From Perkinsela sp. CCAP 1560/9 (Eukaryota; Protista; Euglenozoa: Kinetoplastea): 64,000 bases of DNA. Shown here in pieces: positions 12,734 through 23,929 of the stretch. The stretch is from positions 310,001 to 374,000 of the forward strand of contig CBFFSA010000013.1 of assembly GCA_965644495.1 (NCBI GenBank), written 5' to 3'. The translations under genes and the position numbers were made by a program. Under the pieces are notes generated by a model. That model searched no databases and had not been told where the DNA came from. It saw only the letters and a list, made by a program, of their open reading frames with translations. The stretch's first letter is position 1. Every line of letters begins with the position of its first letter.

Positions 12734-14290
12734 CTACGAAGCGCTTACAAATACTTTCTTTTGTTCGCCATTCCCTCCCAACATTCGTTGGCTATACCGA
12801 ATTCTTTCCATGGCCTTTGCCTCCGCGTGTTCCCACCGTACACGTCGGAAGAACACAACATATCCTAATGCACCGCCAATGAGACCTAACACTGGGCCAA
12901 GCCATAAGCCACGAAACCTCATCCCTAGCTTGAAGGCAAACACCCACCCGAGAGGCACACCAATAGCATACAGCAATACAAAGAAAAAACCATACTTTGG
13001 ATAACCCATTCCTTTCACGATTCCGTTGCACACACAAACTGCGGCATCGAAAACGTGATATACTATGAGGAGAGGCATTACTTCACGATACAAACGTAAG
13101 AGTTCAGGATCACTGTTGTACAAACCCGGTACAACGTCCTGAGTAAACCACAATACAACAATATCGACAGTTGCTACGCCAGCCATAAGAATTGAAGTTG
13201 CTAATGCAGCTCGTCGCGCTTTCGAAATCTCACGAGCACCGAGAGCATTGCCGACCAAAATACCAGCGGCAATGCTAAGCCCCAGTGGGACCATATACAG
13301 AAGGGATAACACCTGCATACAAATAGACATGGTATCAAGTGTTTCCACACCGAGACGTCCGGAAGCTAATCCATTAAGTTCATACATGCCCCACTTACAA
13401 AATAGCATTAGGGCACTTGGAATGCCCAGTAACAAGAATTGTTTCCAATCCTTAAATGCCGCGAAACTGAATCCGTGCCATAATCCTCGATGCAGACTAC
13501 CTCGTAAAGCAATGTAGCCCACCGTAAAAATCACCATGCCTAGGAAAAACATTGTGATTGTTAACGGACATCCTGCGATTCCTTGTTCTTGTATCAGACC
13601 ATAAAACATAAAAGGACTCAGGCCCGTGAGCAAAAAGGATACAAGGACTACGGCGGTCAAATTGTGCACACACATTAGAAACTTTCTCAGCACTTCATAG
13701 AAGATGCAAAGTGGAAGATTTGCCAGGTTGTACAGGATGTACGTACCAGCCATAGCGGCAACTTCTGGTGTCTGCCCAATTCGCTGCAATATGGGAACAG
13801 CGAACATCCAGACCAATAAGACAGGTAAAGCGCATACGTGTAGAATCAGGATTGCACGCTGCACATACAACATGATGAGGGGACTCTTTGGGTCTGCCCC
13901 ATGGGCTTGAAACAGTAGTGTATCTAACGCATTGGCCATGCCGAATATGAAGGAAAATCCAAAACAGTTACAAAACATGATACCCATACAGGCTCCGGCC
14001 AAGTACTTTACACCGAGCAATTTACCAACAGAGCGAGAGGCGATGAGAAAGATTGCGAACTGACTAAATAAACTAAGACAAATTGGGATACCGATGTATA
14101 ATATTTTTCGTATTGTGTGCCATAATGTTTCTGAAGGAGGTAAGCAAACTTCCTCGAGTTCCTTTATTTGCAGCGCTTTTTCAGAATCTACCACATCTGG
14201 CAGTGGGTCACTGCCACCTAGGCCAAACCGAATGGACTCTTGCTCGTGCGGAAGACTGCCACACGTGAGAAAATCGTGTCCTGCACTCAT
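12734..14290 (-). CDS. MATE family efflux transporter (paralog 2)
   Basis: 518 aa; same MATE motifs; long blocks identical in DNA to paralog 1. Confidence 0.93.
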   Translation of the reverse strand: MSAGHDFLTCGSLPHEQESIRFGLGGSDPLPDVVDSEKALQIKELEEVCLPPSETLWHTIRKILYIGIPICLSLFSQFAIFLIASRSVGKLLGVKYLAGACMGIMFCNCFGFSFIFGMANALDTLLFQAHGADPKSPLIMLYVQRAILILHVCALPVLLVWMFAVPILQRIGQTPEVAAMAGTYILYNLANLPLCIFYEVLRKFLMCVHNLTAVVLVSFLLTGLSPFMFYGLIQEQGIAGCPLTITMFFLGMVIFTVGYIALRGSLHRGLWHGFSFAAFKDWKQFLLLGIPSALMLFCKWGMYELNGLASGRLGVETLDTMSICMQVLSLLYMVPLGLSIAAGILVGNALGAREISKARRAALATSILMAGVATVDIVVLWFTQDVVPGLYNSDPELLRLYREVMPLLIVYHVFDAAVCVCNGIVKGMGYPKYGFFFVLLYAIGVPLGWVFAFKLGMRFRGLWLGPVLGLIGGALGYVVFFRRVRWEHAEAKAMERIRYSQRMLGGNGEQKKVFVSAS

Positions 14291-14655
14291 TTATTGCATG
14301 CACTATGACCTTGAATGATACCCACTTTCCAACTACTACTCATCGTCCTAGCGTTGAGACGCTCATGTGCGCATTAATTTCATAAATATTCTAATCATTA
14401 CTTGGTATTACGTATCAATAGCAATTCGTGTAGAACGATGTTAAACCTTGCAAGTTCATTCCAAATTTGTGAATTACTGTTCTTTCGTTTTATTTCTATC
14501 TATACTGGACTTATTCGGACATCGTCTTCAACTACACTGCTTTGAATAGGCAAAGCATGAACCCCAAGACGCGTGCTACACGTCCGCAAAATAAGATTCA
14601 TAATTTTAATGTTCGTATTCAGGACTTTATGAGTTCTGTTCACAAGTTTTAAGAC

Positions 14656-15744
14656 CTATTTTAGCGGGGTTCCTGGAATATTGTATATTCCTGCCAACAT
14701 TCCAGCAAGCTGTAGAGAGGTGGTAACACCTTCTGCCATACGATACTGAGTATCAGCGACAATGCGCAGTAAATGGAGTTGTAACTCGTGAACCCCGGGA
14801 TTGTTAACTTCGTAGAGTTTATTTTCTCCAGGTGAGTTACTTATTTTGAGTCTGTTATTTGCAGGTGTTACCAAATCCATAGTCTGAATTACTTTTGCAA
14901 CCGTCTGAACAACGTCCACTGGCACAAACCCACGATTTAATAAACCGGACATCTCTTTTAATGCAGTGCTCAAGTGCCCTTCCAATGCAGACGCGACAAT
15001 GTTCTCTACAATCTGCGGGTGCGGTTGGTCACACACTCGAAAAACATTCTCCGCGTTCACCAGCTCGAAACCTGTATGTGTTGCCTGTAAGGCATTTAAC
15101 GCATTTCTCATATCTCCTTCGGCAATGAAAAGTAAGGCCTCAATGCCATCTTCTGTGTAGACTACGTTCTCCCGTTCCGTGACGAATAACAACCGTGTGA
15201 GTATCTCTGAATTTTCCAGCCGGCTAAATCGGACGATTGCGCACCGACTTTGAATAGGTTCAATAATTTTCGTGCTCGTGTTACATGCGAGAGCAAATCG
15301 CGTTGTTGTGGAATGGACTTCCATTGTACGCCGGAGCGCTTGTTGTGCCGCGGGTGTCATACTATCTGCTTCGTCCAGAATCACAATCTTGTGACGACCA
15401 AGCGGCAAAGTAACCTTCTTTTGAGCAAACATTTTGATCTTATTGCGAACGACATCGAGGCCACGCTCATCACTGGCGTTGAGCTCCAGCACAGCCTCAG
15501 AAAATGCATCCCCCAGTAACTCTCTGGCGAGACAGAGAATACTGGTTGTTTTTCCTGTCCCTGGTGGGCCAGAAAGTAGAAGATTGGGCATGTTGCCCTC
15601 GCGAGCAATTACTTTTAAGCGCAGAACAATGTCTTCATTTCCAACTACCTCTTCCATGCTCTGGGGTCTGTACTTTTCAACCCATGGAAGTGTACTGTTT
15701 GGCACTGTTTCTGTTCCTCTAGATGACTCGGAAGCTGAAAGCAT
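14656..15744 (-). CDS. RFC2: Replication factor C small subunit (human RFC2 / yeast Rfc4 type)
   Basis: PWVEKYRP, Walker A GPPGTGKTT, LELNASDERG, KMFAQKKVTLP, DEADSMT, SRC motif. Confidence 0.95.
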   Translation of the reverse strand: MLSASESSRGTETVPNSTLPWVEKYRPQSMEEVVGNEDIVLRLKVIAREGNMPNLLLSGPPGTGKTTSILCLARELLGDAFSEAVLELNASDERGLDVVRNKIKMFAQKKVTLPLGRHKIVILDEADSMTPAAQQALRRTMEVHSTTTRFALACNTSTKIIEPIQSRCAIVRFSRLENSEILTRLLFVTERENVVYTEDGIEALLFIAEGDMRNALNALQATHTGFELVNAENVFRVCDQPHPQIVENIVASALEGHLSTALKEMSGLLNRGFVPVDVVQTVAKVIQTMDLVTPANNRLKISNSPGENKLYEVNNPGVHELQLHLLRIVADTQYRMAEGVTTSLQLAGMLAGIYNIPGTPLK

Positions 15745-16647
15745 TGACCAAAGATAAAATTACGGTTTACGCTAAAAGTTCTATCTGCTTTTTGAATTTG
15801 AGAAAAGAGATTTTATGGTTTGGTCAAAAAGGACTTTTTCCCCCGATATATTTTTCTATTTTTTTGTAAAAATGATTACAGAACTTTCAAACTTCGAAAC
15901 CTTTTTTCTTAATATTTATACTCTTGGCTGGATAAAAAGCTTTACAAAGCATCCAACGCCTCGTCACAAGAACCCTTTGCCTTGGAAAATCTTTGCATCG
16001 CCTTGAGAAATTCTTCAAGTAAATGCTCGCCACGCAAGCTCATCTTTTTTTGTTCTCCCCTAAGCCCTACGCCCAGCTATCAGACCCTGCGGCAGTACTT
16101 TCTGTACATTTGCCAGACCACTTGCATACCACTGTTTTGCGCTAAATATTCGTAATATTTTAAGAATATGCTCTCCATTTTAAGAATAATAATTATTCTT
16201 AAAATTCTAAAGAAAATCTAGCATCCATGGGTAATCCCTGAGTTCCATAAGGCTTTCCCGGAGAACAGGGGACCGTGAATGCACCACATACAATAGTACA
16301 AATTAGTATTTGTGCACTAGTATAGATTATATTTGTACTGTATACTGTGTACTGTAGAAGCGCCAGAAAAGATCAGATATTTCAAAAAAGATCTAGCATA
16401 CATGGGTAATCCCTGAGTGCCATGAAGCAATAAAACAAACAAGGGACCTTTGCACGCGATTATATCGGACAGTTCAGTCCAACTCAATTTTTATTAAGTA
16501 CCGTGGAATGTCAAGATAAAATACATTATTATTTTTTATCCTCCCGGTGCAGAATATCTCATTCAGCAATTTTACAATTTGAGAAGGCCAATTCAAGCTG
16601 CCAAAGGGAAGGCCGCCAAATCTGAATATCGCGTGATCAAATTTTTA

Positions 16648-17847
16648 TCACTGTATCACAAGCATTGTATTCGGGGCAAAAATTGGAGAATACGTACGGT
16701 GCAACCGCAAGATTGCATCCATATACTCCTGGTGATACATGTTAACAAGATGGGTAGCAGCCTCCGGATTTGTTTCCTTTCGTACAGCAATGGGTGCCCC
16801 GACGACAACACTGATGGGCACACGCCGTGGAAAAATGACCCAAGCACCCAAAGGAAGAAATGGGGCAAAACGAAGCACCTTTTGTAATTTTTGCTGGAGT
16901 TTTAAGATCCACGACCACTTGCTCCCAAGGTTGATGTACACCATATTTTCATTAAATGCGAAAGTCGGTACCAGCGATGCACCGGTTTGCATCGCAAGCT
17001 TAACGAAACCTTTGCGATTGCGTAGAATTAAACGGATTTCGTGTTCCGAGGAATACAAGGACTCCGCTGCGCCACCAAGAGCAATGCAAGTCGAAGAGCC
17101 CTCAGACGCACTCAGTTGACGAATGATTTGTTCCTTGCTCGCATTCCCTGCCCCACAACTGATTGGTACCTCTCTCCACAGAGGCAACAAAAATTGCAAT
17201 GAAAGTGTTTGTACGTTGCAGGAAAGTCCAGGATATGCAACTTTTAGTGCACACAAGTCTGTACCAAAGCAAGGCAATGCGCCAATGGCAAGAGCCCCGT
17301 GGGGGTGGTAACCAAACAAATAGTGCTTGGATGGATCAAGTTCTGAATCTGGGGTAAAAATGAGTGCTGTTTGATAGTAATCTCGCAATCCTTTTATGGC
17401 CCATTTGTGAATAAAGTGGTGAAAGAGATCGCTTCCCCATGTGGTGCGGTTAAAGATACCTTCTAATAGAACAGCAAGTACGTATCCGAACCAAAGACAA
17501 CGAAAAATACTGCTCTGATAGATTGCTATAGCTTGTATCACAAGAACGAGTGGCAGCCCAATAAAGTAATTGAAAAATGTTGCGCATAGAAAGTCGCATA
17601 CAATGTACAACCCTTTTTCCAAAATAGTATGCCTACTATACCTTGTACGCATCCTGATTTCTATTTCTTCTGCCTTCTGCAACAAATTTATCGATTCTCT
17701 TTCTACGTCCTTGGAAAGGGGTTTCGTTGTGATAATTTTTCTTAAAAACTCTGCATAAGTGTGTAAAAGACCGGATGATGAACTATCACATTGATTCCAT
17801 TGATCTAACTCTTTCAATATCAACTCTAGACATTCTGACACGGCCAT
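16648..17847 (-). CDS. Diacylglycerol/monoacylglycerol acyltransferase (DGAT2 family)
   Basis: YLFGYHPHG, GGAAE, RKGFVKLAMQTGASLVPTFAFNEN and VVGAPI motifs. Confidence 0.92.
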   Translation of the reverse strand: MAVSECLELILKELDQWNQCDSSSSGLLHTYAEFLRKIITTKPLSKDVERESINLLQKAEEIEIRMRTRYSRHTILEKGLYIVCDFLCATFFNYFIGLPLVLVIQAIAIYQSSIFRCLWFGYVLAVLLEGIFNRTTWGSDLFHHFIHKWAIKGLRDYYQTALIFTPDSELDPSKHYLFGYHPHGALAIGALPCFGTDLCALKVAYPGLSCNVQTLSLQFLLPLWREVPISCGAGNASKEQIIRQLSASEGSSTCIALGGAAESLYSSEHEIRLILRNRKGFVKLAMQTGASLVPTFAFNENMVYINLGSKWSWILKLQQKLQKVLRFAPFLPLGAWVIFPRRVPISVVVGAPIAVRKETNPEAATHLVNMYHQEYMDAILRLHRTYSPIFAPNTMLVIQ

Positions 17848-18169
17848 GGGTTAAGCAACATTAGTGATTCAGCGAACGCAACCATACATTGAGATTCATG
17901 CAAACAGTATATTTACCAAAGAAAAACAGTTTCGCTTATTTGCATTGCGGAGCATATCTATCAGTAACATCAAGCTCGTCCTAAACAGAGAGTTGCCCTA
18001 AACATTACTTAAAGATAACTCACAATATTTTCTTACAGATCATTGTTAGAAGTAAGATAGGAAATATTTTGCAAGGCAAGACTACAAAAAAATCCTGCAA
18101 TCACTGTACAAAAGATCTGTTTCTCATAGAGGACATACCGAAACGTTTGCAGTATAGGACTTCTAAACA

Positions 18170-21100
18170 TCAGTCCAAGTGTACCTCGTAGCTGTCGTGT
18201 GGTAGAATTCCACCAACGCTCCGAGGAAGCACACCATCAGTAAATTCTTTCACACTCGAGAAGGGAACATTCCATGCCATTTCCTTTGAGGTTACATGAT
18301 GCAAACATGGCATCTTATCCGTACCACAGGATTGTGACTCCATTGTCGCAGACGCATGGGGTAAATCACTCTGGTGACTCGTACTCTCATCTTTCTTAAG
18401 ATTGGTGTACAAGTTTCTCCAAACTAGGCAGACACACAAATTGAGCAGACAACGACCCTGTTTTCGTGTTTCTGAGTAGATCATGGTGTCATCGATGGCA
18501 TTGTTAAACACCTTATCAAGTTCTCGCCAATCGTAATTCAGGCTTTTGAATACTTCAGAAGCTGACACCGGTGTCGTTAACGTTACTAACTGATGCCCAG
18601 GCAGTGATGTAAACAATTTTCGCCACTGGGCAACCCACTGTTCTGGAATATACTCCGCTGCGTAAGTTTGCAGATCGTATGGCACATAGTTTGTGATTTC
18701 AAAGTCCAAAGACACTTCTGCATTTCCATCAGTATGTACTCCTTTTGTATTTTTCTCGCCTACCGCATCATGAGCACTTTGAATTAGGCGCAATGTCTTC
18801 AAAGCAGGAGAAAGTCGTTGAACTTGCTCAACGAGTTCCGCAGAACTACAATTATACGTTGTGCAAAGTTCTTTCAACAAATCCGGCTCCATGGTAAACA
18901 GTTGATTGTGTTTGCAAGCTATCCAGCGGTTATAAAATTCACTGATGGCTATAGTACCAAACTTCTCCGTTATCTCGCTATTTGTGCGCCCAGATAAAAC
19001 TATTCGATGTTCCGGTGAAATTTCACCTGGGAGATTTACAATGGCCTTCACCCCCGTCTCAACCTCGTTTTGAAGGATAGCCGTACGAGAAAAACAAAAG
19101 TAAGCTGGATATTCAAGACTGCGTCCTATCCATTGCAGGACTCGCTCATGTTCATCCGCCTCAGAAGACTTACAAGATTCTTTGGGCATTCTTTCGCCCA
19201 GCGCGGTTGGAAGTCCTTCCGAGGTGTGTAGTATGGTTACGTCCAATTGCTTTTCCTGGCTTCCCTCTACGGTTGTATCGCTCGCTGTCTTGCTATCTAC
19301 CGTTTTGTCTACTGCATTTCTCTCGCCTGAACCACCGCTGACTAATGGATCAGATCTCAGACGATTAGTCGGTGTTACAGTGGAAGACATGGATAGTCGA
19401 ATAAAAATTTCCCATAAAGCCGTGGCATCACTAAGGGCACGGTGTAAATCTCCTTCAATCGAAATGGCTAATTCTTGTAGCATATTACTCAAACGAAACG
19501 AACTCAAACCGGTCTCCGGAGATTTATCACGAGAAAAACGTAACAGCGGTATGGAGTCTACAAAATGCACCCCGGAAGGCAGTGTAAGTTTTTCCTCTTG
19601 CAATTGACGAAGAAGAATTCGCTCGTCAAGCTTTCGGCTATTGTGGGCAATGAGTAGAACTTCCTCCTTGGTGCTTCGGTCGGGGGTTAAAAATTCCAGT
19701 ATGCGTGGGGCCGCATCTCGCCACGTTGGTGCGTGCCCCACGTCTTCATTGGAGAGCCCATGGATTGCAATCACTTTTGGAGGTATTCGGGTCTCCGGGT
19801 TGATCAAGGTACTAAACGAACGACGATTCAATGCGTCGTACATGGCAAACTCCACAATGCGGTCTCTTTGTATATTCAGTCCCGTAGATTCAATGTCGTA
19901 GGTAATGATGCGATACCGATTCAGCAAACCTCTTTTAGCAATAAAAGAGGATATTCTCGAACTCTGTGCTGTCTTAGTATCGCGGGACACACCTCGAAGT
20001 TCACTATAACTTGCTAAGATGGAGAGCGGCAAGGAAGGTACCACTTGCGCTGTGTACGCAAGCTCCGTCACGGCATATACGTACGGCGAGTGCCCAGCAT
20101 CAAATGGGTCTGCGGATTCTTGTCCTGCCTCTCCAAACTGAATCGTGCCTCCGAAATATAGCGCTTCTAAATGTTTCATATCGTCCCATCTCCATTGTTG
20201 GTGCATTTCTAAAGGTACCGAACTGGGAATGTAAGTTCTTAGCAAATTCCGAAAAAGTTGCAACTCCGATCCTATTTCTGATAAGGTCTGTCCGAAATTC
20301 CCAATTTTCTGAGAAAACGAACGCCTATCCTGAAGCGCTAAAGAATATTCTGAGTGGAACTGCAGTAAAGAAAACGCGTTCAACTCATTCTGTGATTTAG
20401 TAGACAAGAAAACAGCGAAGTCCTGCAGGTACTGATGTTGCATATCGCAATTCCATGGTGTTAAATGCGACACTATATCATCGTTTTTTTCTTCCTGGCG
20501 ATACTGCAGTTGCATGTCCGTGAAACATCTCATGTTTATTTGACTTAATTTATCGGCCATTGTTGAGCACCAAAAATAGCCACCACGCGAGAGAAAAGCA
20601 ATGAACGGTGTACTGTGTAAAAGCGCGGAACATGAACTCAACATTTTCCTTAAATCGCGTACCACAATTACACGAGTAGCAGATATTATCTCATTTATCT
20701 GCACTTCGTCACTACAATCTTTCGAATCTTCTTCTCCGGATTTCAATTTATTGATACGTAGCAAATGTTTTCCAGAGCGACCTATAAATTCTATTTCTCC
20801 GTTGGTGGTCAAACTTAAGAATAGGTGAGGTAAAAGTAAAGTGTCGATCATATTCGTCGGCAAACGCAAGCATCCCTTACGATATACTAGGTGATCAACT
20901 TTGTTTGATGCATAAATATGTGGAACACGGCCAATACCGCCATACTGCATTAATTCCAGTTCTCTGAACGAGACGGAAGCTCCTAGAAGGTAATTTTTTG
21001 TCCGCTCATGAATTCTCTGTATCTTTGTCATCACCGAGGAGAGATCTAAAGGAGACTTGCTAGCCGACGAGAATTGTAGTGGAACAATGCGATGATGCGC

Positions 21101-22009
21101 GGCATCATGTTGATCGCCATCTTCCCCTTTTGGAATTTCAGCAATCAAAGAACTAAATAATAAAGTCGTGATATCGACAGGCAGTACGATTGCCATACAA
21201 CAAATCGCGAGAGTAGAAACCTCAGAATTCCATCGAAAAAACTGATGAGTTAAAATTTTACAAGCTTCACTTACTCCTATTGCAGCAATCGTTTCGAGCG
21301 CGCCTTGCTCAGTAAACAAGTGAATTCTGAAGTTAATCGTTTCCGGATCATGCATCCAGTGTGATGGTAATTGAGCCATGTGTGACTCCGATATACAAGT
21401 ATGATGTTCGGATAAGACTCGACAGTTAGAGTCACCTTCCGCTAGGCGAACAATGCATGTATTCTTGCTGTGAATTTTCTCTCCTGATAAGCTTTTGTTG
21501 AGCGAGTCCATTCTATTGAACATTCGCATAATTATTTGTGTCTTCTTGCGAAGCTCATGTATGAGAGATCGAATCCAAATCTTGGGGAAGTGTGTGTCTT
21601 TTTGTAAAAGGTGAAAAATAAGTGGAGAATTGGCCTTTTGATCAATGAAAAGATCATTTTCTTGTCCTTCAGGATCTGGAATTATATCATCTTTCGAAGC
21701 CGCATTATAGACTTTGAAAATCCAAGTCGTTAGCTTTACAACAGAATTTGCCGCCGTCAAACAAATTGAAGCTTTCCGATGAGGAGGTTCTTGCCTATAC
21801 TCATCGCACGAAACTTTCTTCCACACTTTCGCCACGCATGAATTATTCCTGTCGGCATGAAGTTCCAAAACATGTATCTGACCTTCCCAGTACGCTCGAG
21901 TAAAGCTATATAACGGAACAGGACCAGGAAACTCAATAGATATTCGCTTAGATGAGCGAAAGTAAACAGGGCCTGGACGCAATACAGGTGCGAAATAAAG
22001 AAATCGCAT
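18170..22009 (-). CDS. Large protein with a DEDDh (DnaQ-like) 3'-5' exonuclease domain
   Basis: ExoI YDIESTG, ExoII AHNSRKLD, ExoIII HRALSDA inside a 1279-aa ORF; the rest is unrecognised. Confidence 0.85.
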   Translation of the reverse strand: MRFLYFAPVLRPGPVYFRSSKRISIEFPGPVPLYSFTRAYWEGQIHVLELHADRNNSCVAKVWKKVSCDEYRQEPPHRKASICLTAANSVVKLTTWIFKVYNAASKDDIIPDPEGQENDLFIDQKANSPLIFHLLQKDTHFPKIWIRSLIHELRKKTQIIMRMFNRMDSLNKSLSGEKIHSKNTCIVRLAEGDSNCRVLSEHHTCISESHMAQLPSHWMHDPETINFRIHLFTEQGALETIAAIGVSEACKILTHQFFRWNSEVSTLAICCMAIVLPVDITTLLFSSLIAEIPKGEDGDQHDAAHHRIVPLQFSSASKSPLDLSSVMTKIQRIHERTKNYLLGASVSFRELELMQYGGIGRVPHIYASNKVDHLVYRKGCLRLPTNMIDTLLLPHLFLSLTTNGEIEFIGRSGKHLLRINKLKSGEEDSKDCSDEVQINEIISATRVIVVRDLRKMLSSCSALLHSTPFIAFLSRGGYFWCSTMADKLSQINMRCFTDMQLQYRQEEKNDDIVSHLTPWNCDMQHQYLQDFAVFLSTKSQNELNAFSLLQFHSEYSLALQDRRSFSQKIGNFGQTLSEIGSELQLFRNLLRTYIPSSVPLEMHQQWRWDDMKHLEALYFGGTIQFGEAGQESADPFDAGHSPYVYAVTELAYTAQVVPSLPLSILASYSELRGVSRDTKTAQSSRISSFIAKRGLLNRYRIITYDIESTGLNIQRDRIVEFAMYDALNRRSFSTLINPETRIPPKVIAIHGLSNEDVGHAPTWRDAAPRILEFLTPDRSTKEEVLLIAHNSRKLDERILLRQLQEEKLTLPSGVHFVDSIPLLRFSRDKSPETGLSSFRLSNMLQELAISIEGDLHRALSDATALWEIFIRLSMSSTVTPTNRLRSDPLVSGGSGERNAVDKTVDSKTASDTTVEGSQEKQLDVTILHTSEGLPTALGERMPKESCKSSEADEHERVLQWIGRSLEYPAYFCFSRTAILQNEVETGVKAIVNLPGEISPEHRIVLSGRTNSEITEKFGTIAISEFYNRWIACKHNQLFTMEPDLLKELCTTYNCSSAELVEQVQRLSPALKTLRLIQSAHDAVGEKNTKGVHTDGNAEVSLDFEITNYVPYDLQTYAAEYIPEQWVAQWRKLFTSLPGHQLVTLTTPVSASEVFKSLNYDWRELDKVFNNAIDDTMIYSETRKQGRCLLNLCVCLVWRNLYTNLKKDESTSHQSDLPHASATMESQSCGTDKMPCLHHVTSKEMAWNVPFSSVKEFTDGVLPRSVGGILPHDSYEVHLD

Positions 22010-23244
22010 TGCTCGTAAAAAGTGTTTGTTCGCAGCAGAATCAAGAGCGCAATAAATTACCTGGCATGTTATAAGTTTTGTTAGAAGTTATAAGCTCGTA
22101 ATGCAGGGTTTACAGTAAGTATATGGAATCATGATACGAGTTTTATTTGTTTCAAAGACATCCTCCTTCCCATAAGAAACGTATGATTTAATAAACGATG
22201 ATTTATCATGTAATTTCACTGAACTTGGTATGAAGAAAGAAGAGCTGCAGATATCAACTGGAATAGAATAGAAGGACATCAAATTTACAAAGTTCATATT
22301 TCGAATACGAACTAAAAAATTTAACAACAAATTCGACGTGCTTTCACAAAGAACTCCTTTGCTTCCTCAAGAACATACTAAAAAACTATAAATATAGAAA
22401 ATGTGTTTTTGTCGAGAGCACTCAAAGCAGAAAACAGATACGTTGAAACTCATTCCTTTCCAATAATACTCCAGTATTACTGGAGTATTCAGAAGGATTT
22501 AGCATACATAACCTATTTTCAGATGTCAATGTGAAAGTTATCATTGTGATAGTAACTCAGCAGAATGATATAGAATGTCCTCATGTCAAAAGGAAAGAAA
22601 TGCACAGTACTTTAAACTTACTAAAACTAACTTTAAACTTATTGCATTCCGTAAAATAAATTTCAGTAGCAAATCTAATGAGAACTCATGGTCGATACGT
22701 ACGGATGAGAGAAAATTCATCATGCAGTAGTTAATATGAACAGGTTAGTATAAAATTAAATAAAAATTATACTCTCATGCAAGCCTCTAAAACAGAATTG
22801 ACGTGCCGACGTTTTATAATATGTATAATACGAACACAACAACCAAGATTTGTCATTTTTGTGAGTCAGTGTTTTAGGAAAGGAATAGTTAGTTGAACAG
22901 TAAACAACTCCAAAGCTCAAGTATACAAGTAGCCTTCAATATAAAGCCTTCGACAATATGAATATAAAGCCCTCAACATGAACTTAGTTATCTGAAATGC
23001 GCTATTATTTTCCAAACTTAAATATTCTTTATACACTTTAGACCCCCTTAATGTAAATTTTCAGATTACTTTCATTGGAGTTTTCATTGAAACGTGATCA
23101 ATAAAACGTCTTTGAGTCCTATATCGAGATCGAGAATACATGCATGACCTGCTACTCGGAACGCTATTCCATGTGTTCACATATATTGTACTACCAATGG
23201 ACATAACTCCCTAATGCACCGGATTAGGCTTGCGGTTCGCATAT

Positions 23245-23697
23245 CTAGAGTGACTTTTGAGCATGTCGCAATGTCCACTCCTTTGCCTTCTGTAACGCTT
23301 CCGCTGGATAATTTCTCCAATACGCCGCAACCTCTTGATCGAGGGGGTCGTCGGGGTTGGGAGCGCTCAAGAGAGCACGAATGCTCAGGAGTACCGTGCG
23401 TACCTGTAAAGCCGGACTCCATTTGTCTTTCACGATATCTAAGCAAATTCGGCCGAGACGGTCAATGTTGGGGTGGTAAATAGGAGTGAGGAAACGTACC
23501 TGGGGTGGAGACATCGGATACTCCGCAGGGAGAAACAGTTCCATACGAAAGTTGCCGTCCTCATACGGGGAGTCAGGGGGTCCTGTCATAATAACGGAAA
23601 AGTGGCGTGCGTTCTGTGCCGAGGGAGAGGCAAGTACGCCGGGTGGGGGATCCGACTGGAGCTCTAGAGTTTCTTTCAGTATACGCGTTGAGAGCAT
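23245..23697 (-). CDS. UBC13: Ubiquitin-conjugating enzyme E2, UBC13/UBE2N type
   Basis: [33 protein letters not shown]; start placed at [10 protein letters not shown]. Confidence 0.92.
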   Translation of the reverse strand: MLSTRILKETLELQSDPPPGVLASPSAQNARHFSVIMTGPPDSPYEDGNFRMELFLPAEYPMSPPQVRFLTPIYHPNIDRLGRICLDIVKDKWSPALQVRTVLLSIRALLSAPNPDDPLDQEVAAYWRNYPAEALQKAKEWTLRHAQKSL

Positions 23698-23929
23698 GAG
23701 AAGAAATGCGAGTATAAAAACGATGAAGTAATACACAAATACAAGTATGACAGTCTCGTACGTAAATTACTGAGTTTATGTCTCATTATACATAGCAGCA
23801 TGTCTCATCATAAGCAGTTTATTGTCTCATTACAATCACACAAAAAGTGCTCTTCATAATGACATAAAACTGTATACACAACTGGGTAACTGGGTGTAGT
23901 TACCATGCGGGCAATATTTCAGAGAAGAG

